Notes under the pieces: generated by a model
Seen by the model: only the letters and a program-made list of their open reading frames with translations
Database searches by the model: none
What the model was told of the DNA's origin: nothing
Source: Chrysomallon squamiferum
Lineage: Eukaryota; Animalia; Mollusca
Reading direction: 5' to 3'
Length of the DNA: 64,000 nucleotides
Assembly: GCA_012295275.1 (NCBI GenBank)
Contig: CM022672.1
Span: 17,732,001-17,796,000 of the forward strand
Made by a program: the position numbers and the translations under genes
Shown here: one piece after another, positions 1-11,391 of the stretch
Numbering within the stretch: the first letter of the stretch is position 1
Layout: each line of letters starts with the position of its first letter

Positions 1-639
1 TAATCATAATAACAACGTTCACCCTGACTCAAATAAAGTGTTGTTTTTTGTGTGTGTTTTTGTATTTTAAAAAGTTTTCAGTTTGAACTGGTTAGTTAAC
101 CGCCTGGAAACCGGTTGAATGTTTGAGTTAAGGAGAGAACTCGACACGTTTTTGTTATTTATAGTTAATGTTAATAGCTTACTAAAGTCAACTTCACATT
201 CCATAACAATATCTGAAACAAATTAATATTAAAATTTGTGAATTTTTATTTTATTTATTAATACTATTAATACTAATAGTATTAAAATTTATAATAAAGT
301 ACGAAATTATGTAGGATTTTTGTTTTGTTTGTTTTCATTATCTACTATCGACTTATCATCTATTATTTATATTTACTAACCTGCACCTTAAGTAATTTTT
401 AAAAATATATTTCAGTCTTTGTGTTGGTATGTATCTGGTCAACACAGTTGATCGTTCAGGTTTCGTTCAATGGACGCAGACATCTTTAATACCGGTAACT
501 GAGTAAAATGTTATATGTGATATGTTACAACCAGAAATAGCGATATAAATAGGTCAAACGGTTTATAAATATATTTTATTATTCTTTTATTCACATTATC
601 AGTGACCATTTTATTAATTATAATATCATTATTTATTTA

Positions 640-670
<31 letters not shown>

Positions 671-982
671 TCATTATTATTATTATTGTTATTATTTTGT
701 ATTATTAAAAAATTAAAATCATCTTAAGCAGAATTTTCAAAAACATTGTTTCATTTTCAATGGAGTTTACCGGTATTTAAACTGATGCAGAAAAGTTTAC
801 CGTTTCTTTACTCGCTTTTTTCCCAAACTGTTTTCTGTTAGAAATCATACAATGGTAACAAATAATAACGACACCGGTCGCACCGGAAATATTTTAAGGG
901 TTTTACTTTATTTATTACGCTTATTGACTTAGTACTAGTCAGCTTGAAAGTTGGATTTTGGTCATGAAAAATTTCGTTCACG

Positions 983-1216
983 ATGTTGCGAAGGAATCCT
1001 ACTCGAATCGAACATAAAATTGACGATCTTGAGGAGTTTGAAAACTTTAAAAAGGAAAAAGAAAATGAACAACGAAAGCAAAAGCTTGCTGTGTTCGACA
1101 GTTCATTAACAGATTCCAGTGAAACATCCATGCGTAGCAGAACGGAAGCGGTACATGCACGAATTGGTTACGACCCAAAGCCAATTAAACATCCAACCCG
1201 ACTTCCAATACAGTGA
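983..1216 (+). CDS. CDC26: Anaphase-promoting complex subunit CDC26 (APC12), 77 aa, single coding exon
   Basis: N-terminus MLRRNPTRIEHKIDDLEEFE matches the CDC26 hallmark [20 protein letters not shown]. C-terminal IGYDPKP matches IGYKPQP of animal CDC26. Size is typical for the family. Confidence 0.93.
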   Translation: MLRRNPTRIEHKIDDLEEFENFKKEKENEQRKQKLAVFDSSLTDSSETSMRSRTEAVHARIGYDPKPIKHPTRLPIQ

Positions 1217-1390
1217 TAAAAACATTATTTCGAAACGTTATTACAAGTCATAAAATATTGTTCATATGAAACAGAAGTAATAATAACAGGGAACGTTAAT
1301 TTGTGCGTTTATTGAAAATATAAAGTTTTGCAACATCATTTTTGTGTCATTTACTCAGTTTGTTGTATAGTGAAAAAACAAATATTAAAA

Positions 1391-2140
1391 ATGGTGTTCA
1401 CTGGCATTCCAACTGTCTACAATCCATTGAAAGCAGGAAGCATTGATGGCACTGACACTGAACCACATGACCATGCTGTGTTTCGGGCTATGAATGCAAC
1501 ATACAAACCTAATAAATTTGTATGTGGAGACCCAGAAGCTACTGTGTTTGTTGCAAGACTTAATCGAGTTAAAACTAATGAAGAATCTCTCCAGAAAGCA
1601 TTTGACAAATTTGGTAAAATAAAACATATAAGAGTTGTTAGAAATATTGTGACAGGATTTTCACAAGGATATGCTTTCATTGAATTTGAAGATGTTAAGT
1701 CTGCAATATGTGCCAGTCGGGATGGAAACAACATGGTAGTGGATGACTTTGAGCTTCTTGTTGATATGGAATGTGAAAGAACTTTAAAAGGATGGATTCC
1801 AAGGCGACTTGGGGGAGGATTTGGAGGAAAGAAGGAATCTGGACAGCTTAGGTTTGGATGTAAAGACAGGCCATTCCGTAAACCATTTATAATTGGAGAA
1901 GAAAAAACATTTGAAAGGAAGTTAAGCAGAAGTGATGAATATTGCAGAGATTATAAAATCCCAGGAAGGTCTGGAAACCAAGATGATGAAGACCGTTCAC
2001 AGAGAGAGCACATCAGTAGAAATGAATTTAGGAAGAGGAGGCGGTCCAGGTCAAGATCAAGGTCAAGGTCTCCCAACAGATCCAGAAGAAGACCCAGAGA
2101 TACAAGTAGAGAGAATCACAGACATAAATACAGGGACTGA
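1391..2140 (+). CDS. SNRNP35: U11/U12 snRNP 35 kDa protein, 249 aa, intronless CDS
   Basis: YNPLKAGSIDGTDTEPHDHAVFRA N-terminal motif, an RRM (TVFVARL; GFSQGYAFIEF), ERTLKGWIPRRLGGGFGGKKESGQLRFG motif and an RS-rich tail. The start is the ATG at 1391 (aaaATGg); the ORF track's 1328 start is a TTG. Confidence 0.96.
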   Translation: MVFTGIPTVYNPLKAGSIDGTDTEPHDHAVFRAMNATYKPNKFVCGDPEATVFVARLNRVKTNEESLQKAFDKFGKIKHIRVVRNIVTGFSQGYAFIEFEDVKSAICASRDGNNMVVDDFELLVDMECERTLKGWIPRRLGGGFGGKKESGQLRFGCKDRPFRKPFIIGEEKTFERKLSRSDEYCRDYKIPGRSGNQDDEDRSQREHISRNEFRKRRRSRSRSRSRSPNRSRRRPRDTSRENHRHKYRD

Positions 2141-2251
2141 CTTCACTGTACAGAGACAATCATAGCCAGCAATTTAGACTGATTTAAATTGAACATCAAG
2201 TACTGTTTCAATTATTTCAAAAACAATTTTTTAATTCTTATGTACATTTGA

Positions 2252-2257
2252 AATAAA
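2252..2257 (+). terminator. Polyadenylation signal for SNRNP35, and possibly for a CDC26-SNRNP35 transcript
   Basis: AATAAA about 110 nt after the stop, preceded by TGTA and followed by a T/GT-rich tract. Confidence 0.65.
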
Positions 2258-3059
2258 ACATTCTGGACATTTATTGTTTTTCTTTCAATTAATATTGTTG
2301 GATGTGTCAGTTTTTTCCTTTAAATTAAATGTGTTTGTGGATATATTTATATGTGTGTGTGTGTGTGTAAGATCTATAAATATTTTCACATTTGCTTCCT
2401 TGTGTAACTATTCATGTCTGCCTGTGTGTCGAATATGGTCATATATGTACATATATTTCTTTTTTTTTTTCTTTTCTTTTTTGTTAGCATGCATGTCTAT
2501 AATGTATCTAACTCTGCATTTATGGGTGTGCCTGTCTATGGATGTTACTGTGCATACATGGGTTCTAAGCAGTTCAGTTAATGTACATGTGTGTGTGTGT
2601 CTATATACTTTCACTTGGACACACAAAGTTATTAACACATACACATATACAAGTAGCATGACACTAAATTAGACAGATGAATTTTTTGACATGCTGCTTA
2701 ATTTCAAAAAGGAATAATTTTTTTGGTCATATTTATTCAAAGAGAATTAACTGTTGTTAACCTGTAAGCACAGAATTAAAACCAGTTTGAAGATTACACA
2801 GTATTACCCATCAAATTTTCTACAAATATATTATACATAATGCAATATTTTGCTCATTGTTAAAAAAAAAGAAGAAGAAACATACAAAAAAGAAATATTG
2901 AAAGATAGAACATTTTGAATTATTAATATTGTAAAGATATTTTAAGTGGCATTTAATTGCATAGAAAATTACATCTGTAAAGTCTTATGTTATATTCAAT
3001 TAGTGGCTGGTTCAAAATAATGTTCATAACTATGGGATGTTGGATAAGAAACCCAAAAG

Positions 3060-3094
<35 letters not shown>

Positions 3095-3374
3095 AAGGTT
3101 AGAAATAAAAATATACAATATGATACAATTAATTTTATTTTCAGGTGATGTCATTTTAATTATAATGCAGTCATTCATACCTCCTTAGTCATACAGCTTT
3201 ATATTAAAGGCTAGGGTATGATTTTCTGTATACATAAAAGTTATTATAAATGATTATTTTTGCTAAGCAACAAAAAAGTCCATTGAATAACTAATGTTTT
3301 TTATATTTTTGTATTTAATTTTTTTAATATATATGATCACTGAACAATTTAGTTTAGTAAATGAAATATATGTA

Positions 3375-3945
3375 TGCCCCAACTTTGGAGTTTTTCGAGT
3401 TACGTGCAGTCGCCAGGTTGATTTTATGCTTTGTGTTACGAGCCAAAATCCGAGTTACGAGCCAGTTTCAGATACGCCGCCGTTAGTTGGCGCATAGAAC
3501 AACACAACATCCGGCCATCATCCCGCGTCTCACTCGTTTACTTCACGTGGTTACATCGGCTAGAAAGTACCTCTGTTGTGTTGTGCTCGAAATATATTAT
3601 TTTTCTGACCGTGGATCCTAAGAAAGTGAGTGCAAAGGACAGTGTTGAGAAGAAGAAGCAGATGATGTCTGTTGAATTAAAGCTTGAATTCATAGAAAAA
3701 CTTGAGCTAGGTGTGCATGTAGTCGACTTGGCTATGCAGTACGAGCGAGGTACTTCTATGATATGTACCATACTGAAGCTGAAAAGGCTGTAACTCCAGC
3801 CAAAGGCGTCAAAATAATTGTTCTGATCTCCAAGATAAATACACTTTACAAAACCAGTTTATTTCTTTATAGTCTCTTTTATTTTGTTTTTTTATACAAT
3901 ATTTGTCATTTATAAATTCATTTTTCTTATTTAAAAACATGTTAC
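3375..3945 (+). mobile_element. Degenerate, internally deleted Tigger/pogo-like (Tc1-mariner superfamily) DNA transposon, copy A
   Basis: Encodes the HTH-psq/CENP-B-like fragment DPKKVSAKDSVEKKKQMMSVELKLEFIEKLELGVHVVDLAMQYERGTSMICTILK. Subterminal GAGTTACGAG repeats are present. Homologous to 19768-20463. Boundaries are approximate. Confidence 0.8.
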
Positions 3946-4624
3946 TGATGAATAGTAAATCAAGGGCTCAAAACTATATTTTATTCACTGTATTTAAACA
4001 TAATAATGCGAACTGAAGATAATACCCAATTTATGATGAGAACTGCTTTGATATTAAAATCAGCTAATATATGTTCATCGCAGTCGTTTACAATGAGATA
4101 TTAACGTAATGTTTTTCACAGATTGAAAATATTGTTAATTTATGCACAGAGTTTTTGTCAGTACATACTGAGGAAAAAATTAAATTGAAAAAGCCCATAA
4201 ATTTATATTTTATGTTGTTTATTAATATCGTTTATGAAGCGGACTAATTTATGATAATTTAAACATTTATTGTTTTTATGCGTGTGCAGTGTTCATACGA
4301 TATTCATAGACAAAATAATGCCACAGATATTAGCTAATACGTATTGTTGTATTGTGTTCACTGGTAACACCTGGGGTTAATATAACTATTTTGTTCACTG
4401 TATTTAAATATAATAAGTGGAACTAAAGACTAATGAACGTAATGAACTTAATATGATGAGTTACGGGTTACTTGGTACGCGTAACCTGTACTTTGGGAAA
4501 GAATGTAAAAGCCCACGTCAAAAAACTCGGATTATCAACTTTATTTCACTCAATATAGATAATTCATAATTTTTCATAAATCATTAATTTGTTTCTCATA
4601 ATTAGCCACCTTTACAGACATTTG

Positions 4625-4626
<2 letters not shown>

Positions 4627-4713
<87 letters not shown>

Positions 4714-4725
4714 TTGTGTGTGTGT
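4627..4725. repeat. (CT)n(GT)n compound microsatellite
   Basis: Directly visible; source of the SLSLSL ORF. Confidence 0.95.
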
Positions 4726-6868
4726 TTCTGTCTGTTTCTCTCTCGTCTCCAAAACCACGCAGCTAGTTTATTTCACAGCACTTAACATCAATTTACTCAA
4801 ATGAATACCGGCTGAATGTAATCAAAACGTTGTGACATTCACACAGACAGCACCCACGGGAACAGCATAATTATCAGTAACAAATCAGTGTGATTCAATT
4901 TAGCACGATATCAATTTTACGTCATTTTATTACTTTTGATACATGAATTTTTTCGACGCATGTCTGTTTCACTTTAAAACGAAAATGTGTGCTTACTGAA
5001 AATTTTACACAACACTATGTTCTTTCTGAATTTCTCCATTCACCTTTGAGCCATTGTAGCATTTGACAATGGCTATGGATTATCAAATCAGTGGCATTTA
5101 ATGCACATTAACATGTAATGCAAACATGGATTTTAATAGAAATAGTTTGTTTAACAGACCTAAATTAAACAGAGAGAGAGAGAAAATAGAACATTAATAA
5201 TTACAAACCAAAACTCTTCATCGCATTTTCTCTCTCTTTATATTACAACTTTATTAAAGTAGCCAGACATTGTCTCAAGAGAGAGAAAGAGTAAGAAAAA
5301 GGGGGAGAAAGAAAGCTGGGGGGGACATCGAGGAAGGAAGAGAGAGAAAACATTTTTGTTTGATTTTTCTGAGATTTTTCATCAGATTGACAAAAGACTA
5401 AAACTGAAAAGAAAAAGGGGCGAAAAAAAGCTATTTGTATCTGTTATATCAAAAAGTTATTTTATTTTTTATGTTAGGATTTGAAGTTGTAGGATAATCA
5501 ATACAATGCGTTATTTTCAAATGTGTAAGAAAAAACGGATAATTTATTTTTCAAGAGTGACTCTTTAAATTCCTAAATTCTTCTATCGGCTCTGCCTTGA
5601 TTTTAAACAACACGTCTTTTCTCTTTTCTGAATTTGTTTAATGAAAGCGATTCACTGCACAAGATCCAATAAATATTTCAATGTGCCACAGGGCTTTTTT
5701 TTTTTTTCGCCCATCTTGAATTTCAGACAAATCTCCTGTTTATGGGAACGAATATATAAATTATTCTTATTTGCTAATATGTGTATGCTCCTTACACCAT
5801 ATTTGTGGCGTCATACATACGTCAGTTTGTTCGGTGTATGGATAAGTAAAGCATTTGTTCCTTCTGTCGGTATAAATTCGACGTTTGACTATATTGTCAA
5901 AGTGTGATCGCATGTTTTTGTTAAGTTTCTCAACGAACTATTATTATTATGTTTGTTTGCATGTTTACTAAAGATGCTTGTATTCGCAGCAGTTTTTACA
6001 TTTCTGGTCTACTCTAAGCACTACAGTGACTGTTCTAAGACAGCATTATTTTATAACGCAAATGACCGATTAGCGTCCTGTTCGTTATTTCGTTATTTTC
6101 TCACCACTAATTTATCATACACGATATATAATTGTTATCACGTTACTTAACGATTTAGATATCGAATTATAGTTTTATTTTCATCACATTCATCGTAAAT
6201 GTATGTAGGTTGAAAAATTATTAAGAACTGGTGCTGATTTGTCCAATTGTATAACTTTAATTATAATAATTATTGGAAAATATTGTTCGCGGCTGATCTA
6301 ACTGCTATTGTACAATACTACATCCATTACATTTGAAATGTTTTAAACTGTATGTATAAAAAAAGAAACGAAAAAAGTTCACGACTTTGAGCCGGAAGAC
6401 GAAATGCTATTTCGAATTAACAATTTTCTTTTCTTTTTCTTTTCTTTAAGAATGTTTCTTTTCTCTCTCTTATTTTTCCCTTTCCTTTCTTCCTTTTTTT
6501 TTTTTTTTTTTTTTTTCCAATCTGAAATGTTTTACTGAATTTAACATTAGACTAACGATTTCATCATTTATTTCAAAATTACGAAATCTAAGCAAACAGT
6601 AAACATTTCAGACTGTGCTGGAGGGATTAGGGATCGTCTAGGCTTGTTTGTACAATGATTTCACAATGTATTGTAATTTCCGGTATCGCGTCCTCACTTT
6701 AGATAAGATGTGGGGAGAGATTTTATATTAGTTTGAAACACACTGCATCATTCCTTTACGTTAAATCAGTTTCAGTAAACACTTTAACAATTGTTTTTAA
6801 TTATAATTATTATTTACTTTTATTTCGCTTTATTTTTATTTATTTATTTATTTATTTTTTTTTTTATT

Positions 6869-6902
<34 letters not shown>

Positions 6903-6903
6903 T

Positions 6904-6960
<57 letters not shown>

Positions 6961-7142
6961 TTTATTTTTATTTTTTTTTTTTAAAGTGGTATTAATTAAA
7001 CATAAATACGTTAAAATTTAGACTTACAACCATGAATAATGAATCTGTTTCCACTTCTGAGTGGTGTAATTTATCGCCACCCCTCCACGGAGGCGTAAGC
7101 TTTTTTTCCGTTGGTCAGATCAGACGACATTATCATCGAACA

Positions 7143-7180
7143 GTCACGTGACCCCGAATGACAGACGATGGCTACAAAAA
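7143..7180 (+). promoter_or_regulatory. Putative core promoter of exon 1a: palindromic E-box GTCACGTGAC (7143-7152) and TATA-like TACAAAAA (7173-7180)
   Basis: Motifs lie about 100-140 bp upstream of the ATG and are identical in the second copy. Function is inferred. Confidence 0.5.
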
Positions 7181-7280
7181 CAGGGCATGCTCTTCTCTGT
7201 CCATGCCTATCGATCCAAGAACCATTGTAGCTTCTAGTCCTGATTTTACATTCTTCGTCAGAAACACTTCAGGATTTGAA

Positions 7281-7424
7281 ATGCCTTCAACTATTGGAAG
7301 ACAGTTAACAGTTTTATGTCTAACTTTCTGTTGCCTTTACACGGGGACCAGTGCCTGTTTTATAAGAAACTGTCCTCCAGGAGGAAAGCGCTCGATTGAA
7401 GTGGACTCTCCAAATGAAAGACAG
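7281..7424 (+). CDS. Conopressin/neurophysin precursor exon 1a: signal peptide, CFIRNCPPG, GKR and spacer (Pro8 peptide)
   Basis: MPSTIGRQLTVLCLTFCCLYTGTSA-CFIRNCPPG-GKR-SIEVDSPNERQ, then phase-0 donor CAG|GTATGT. This is the canonical exon-1 layout of oxytocin/vasopressin genes. The nonapeptide is at 7356-7382. Confidence 0.95.
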
Positions 7425-8502
7425 GTATGTGGTACTGTAAGACACCCCAACACACCCCTCTGTCCAGTCAAAATTTAATCTAGAGTAAGTGTTGAAATGT
7501 AAATATCTTCTAACTATTTTACCCCGGGTCCTTTGAGAGTTTTTTTTTTCACGCAGAAAAATTTGTTCGGATGTTTGTTTTAATATTATTTTAAACGGGT
7601 TACGACACCAAAGTTCTTATTTTTCCATTTTCAGTATTCTGTTAACTTGTAATACGAGATCATTTGTTTTAATTATTTCTGCTTGAGTTTTTAAAAAGAT
7701 TCATTTCTATCTCGAATATAAAACTGTGTTTGTGTTTCATATGTCGAATGTAATTAAATCCATCTTAATGAAAATAACAATAATAATTTTAATAGTTTAT
7801 TTAAAGAGAAACAAAATCAGAAATTATTTACTAATGTAATTACTGATTTTATCTAATTATCCACTTTAAAGGACATTTTATTTTTAATTATTATTTTATT
7901 TATCTAAAAAAGTTTAAACGAATTAATGCGGGGGGCGGAGGGATATCATCGTTCTATACAACGCCACATATTTATTTATTTATTTATTTATTTAATCAGA
8001 AACATCTAACCATGTTCTTAGTTTCGTCCAAGTATTGTATGTGCAAAAAAACAAAAAACAAAAAAGACAAAAAATTAATCAATTTATTATGCAGAATATT
8101 CCAGAAATGTACCTTTTCACTGTGTTCAAATTAGAAATCTGTGATTAATAATACAAATTTTGACTACTTACACGCTTGACTTACGTCCTATTTATAAACG
8201 AAAGTATAGAATTTAATCATTTTCATGTTTTCATATACAGATTCATTATTCGACATTCAAATGTCTTGTTTTTAACCTTTTGAAAACTCTTATTAAGCAT
8301 TTAAGCTTTTTTTATACTTATAACATGAAAAACAAAAAATTGTTTTAATCCAAAGTATAATTACTAAATTATACAAGTAAGTTTTGTAATAAATAACTTA
8401 AAAAATTAAATATAATTTTGATATATCTTGCAAACATTTATCGAAACAGAATGGCAATGAATTAAATTATTTGATTACTAATATATCCAGAAAACGTAAA
8501 TG

Positions 8503-8535
<33 letters not shown>

Positions 8536-10873
8536 GATAAGGAAAAGATTAACTATGCAGTAAATAATTGTGTTCAATTTAATATAATAGATAATTTAAG
8601 AACATGTCATTAAAAAAGATTATTTCAATATATATATATATATATCCACATTAACTCATTATTCACATTATATATCTTAACCGTATTAAGAAAAGTTAAA
8701 GAGTGAGAACTGTACATTTTATGTGAGTGTGATCAAATGTAAATAACCACCGGTAACATGATGACTTGCAACGAAGTTTAAAATAACGAGAACTGAAGCT
8801 GTTACATATTTTCTTTTGTTTTGTTGTTACTGTTTATTTTGTTTTGCTTTGCTTTTTTATTGTCAACAAATCACAATCAAGTTATCGATTTTGTTTTCAC
8901 GCTATGACATTCGATATGCGCAAGACCAGAACGATGTAATCACTGAACATTGAAACAGGTTTATTTTGAAATGATATCCAGTAACATCTGTTATATATAT
9001 ATATAGACAATAGTAGTGTGTTATACAGTAAGAGAAGGAAATGTGTACTGGTCTCTTCCTGTTTACCAATCCTAATAAGTTGATTTACCATTCAGCATTA
9101 TCATTCATTCGTTAATGTGTTACAGCAAAAGCTGTTATAGTGGTCTTCAGTATCAGAGGATAGTTCTGGGTTAAATAAGGGCAAAGGAAAACGGTCGAAG
9201 TGACTAACCGTCTTGAGGCCACAATTCAACCGTTACATACCCTACACTGACTTAATTATTTGTTTTCACTGAGATTATATTATAATAAATGACAAAACTC
9301 TACGATAAGTCGTATTAATTTAAGTCAGAATTCGCTAGTGCTGTATTTCGCCAGCTGATCAATCTTGCTTAAAAAATGTTTATGTTATCGACTCGTATGA
9401 GATTGGAATTAATCGATATATTTTTATATATTTATAACTCGCTGTGATTTTTAAGATTTAAAGCAGAAAGTAAATAAATAAATGAATAAGAATATCAGAG
9501 GTTACGTTAATAATAATAGTAACAGTAGCAATATCATCATCATAATCAAATTCTTCTATCGGCTCTGCCTTGATTTTAAACAACACGTCTTTTCTCTTTT
9601 CTGAAATTTGTTTAATGAAAGCGATTCACTGCACAAGATCCAATAAATATTTCAATGTGCCACAGGGCTTTTTTTTTTTTTTTTTTTTTCGCCCATCTTG
9701 ATTTTCAGACAAATCTCCTGTTTATGGGAACGAATATATAAATTATTCTTATTTGCTAATATGTGTATGCTCCTTAACCATATTTGTGGCGTCATACATA
9801 CGTCAGTTTGTTCGGTGTATGGATAAGTAAAGCATTTGTTCCTTCTGTCGGTATAAATTCGACGTTTGACTATATTGTCAAAGTGTGATCGCATGTTTTT
9901 GTTAAGTTTCTCAACGAACTATTATTATTATGTTTGTTTGCGTATTTACTAAAGATGCTTGTATTCGCAGCAGTTTTTACATTTCTGGTCTACTCTAAGC
10001 GCTACAGTGACTGTTCTAAGACAGCATTATTTTATAACGCAAATGACCGATTAGCGTCCTGTTCGTTATTTCGTTATTTTCTCACCACTAGTTTATCATA
10101 CACGATATATAATTGTTATCACGTTGCTTAACGATTTAGATATCGAATTATAGTTTTATTTTCATCACATTCATCGTAAATGTATGTAGGTTGAAAAAAT
10201 GATTAAGAACTGGTGCTGATTTGTCCAATTGTATAACTTTAATTATAATAATTATTGGAAAATATTGTTCTCGGCTGATCTAACTGCTATTGTACAATAC
10301 TACATCCATTACATTTGAAATGTTTTAAACTGTATGCATAAAAAAGAAACGAAAAACGTTCACGACATTGAGCCGGAAGACGAAATGCTATTTCCAATTA
10401 ACAATTTTCTTTTCTTTTTCTTTTCTTTAAGAATGTCTCTTTTCTCTCTCTTATTTTTCCCTTTCCTTTCTTCCTTTGTTTTTTTTTTTTTTTTTTTTTT
10501 TTTTCCAATCTGAAATGTTTTACTGAGTTTAACATTAGGCGGCTAACGATTTCATCATTTATTTCAAAATTACGAAATCTAAGCAAACAGTAAATATTTC
10601 AGACTGTGCTGGAGGGATTAGGGATCGTCTAGGCTTGTTTGTACAATGATTTCACAATGTATTGTAACTTCCGGTATCGTGTCCTCACTTTAGATAAGAT
10701 GTGGGGAGAGATTTTATATTAGTTTGAAACACACTGCATCATTCCTTTACGTTAAATCAATTTCAGTAAACACTTTAACAATTGTTTTTAATTATAATTA
10801 TTATTTACCTTTATTTCGCTTTATTTTTATTTATTTATTTTTTTTATTTTTTTTATTTATTTTTTTTTTTTTT

Positions 10874-10904
<31 letters not shown>

Positions 10905-11109
10905 ATTTATTTTTATTTTTTTTTTTTTTTATTATTATTATTTTTTTTTAAAGTGGTATTAATTAAACATAAATACGTTAAAATTTAGACTTACAACCAT
11001 GAATAATGAATCTGTTTCTACTTCTGAGTGGTGTAATTTATCGCCACCCCTCCACGGAGGCGTAAGTTTTTTTTCCGTTGGTCAGATCAGACGACATTAT
11101 CATCGAACA

Positions 11110-11147
11110 GTCACGTGACCCCGAATGACAGACGATGGCTACAAAAA
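11110..11147 (+). promoter_or_regulatory. Putative core promoter of exon 1b (GTCACGTGAC and TACAAAAA)
   Basis: Same motifs as 7143-7180, offset by 3967 bp. Confidence 0.5.
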
Positions 11148-11247
11148 CAGGGCATGCTCTTCTCTGTCCATGCCTATCGATCCAAGAACCATTGTAGCTT
11201 CTAGTCCTGATTTTACATTCTTCGTCAGAAACACTTCAGGATTTGAA

Positions 11248-11391
11248 ATGCCTTCAACTATTGGAAGACAGTTAACAGTTTTATGTCTAACTTTCTGTTG
11301 CCTTTACACGGGGACCAGTGCCTGTTTTATAAGAAACTGTCCTAGAGGAGGAAAGCGCTCGATTGAAGTTGACTCTCCAAATGAAAGACAG
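11248..11391 (+). CDS. Conopressin/neurophysin precursor exon 1b: signal peptide, CFIRNCPRG, GKR and spacer (Arg8 peptide)
   Basis: Same as exon 1a except codon 8 of the nonapeptide (AGA vs CCA, 11344-11346) and one synonymous Val codon (GTT vs GTG). The phase-0 donor CAG|GTATGT is intact. Confidence 0.95.

Larger units (their letters stand above)
5575..9547 (+). repeat. Tandem segmental duplication unit 1 (~3.97 kb): conopressin promoter, exon 1a and 5' part of intron 1
   Basis: Starts AAATTCTTCTATCGGCTCTGCC and ends ATATCATCATCATAATC. Collinear with 9548-13326, differing by scattered substitutions and homopolymer lengths. Confidence 0.95.

Noticed and set aside
1328-1390. N-terminal extension of SNRNP35 in the ORF track
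   Set aside because: It starts at TTG; family similarity begins after the ATG at 1391.
5641-7021. Duplicated short ORFs (MFACLLKML..., poly-Phe ORFs) in both repeat units
   Set aside because: Several use non-ATG starts or poly-T tracts and show no family similarity. They recur only because the DNA is duplicated, and the 5641 ORF is frameshifted in unit 2.
7158-7478. 106-aa ORFs at 7158-7478 and 11125-11445 as complete single-exon proteins
   Set aside because: The first ATG lies upstream of the TATA-like box and the signal peptide begins at 7281/11248. The tail VCGTVRHP... is read-through past the splice donor.
11190-11247. Splicing of exon 1a into exon 1b to give a two-nonapeptide precursor
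   Set aside because: The AG dinucleotides I checked upstream of the exon 1b ATG (ending 11197, 11204, 11228 and 11239) all put exon 1b out of frame with the phase-0 donor.
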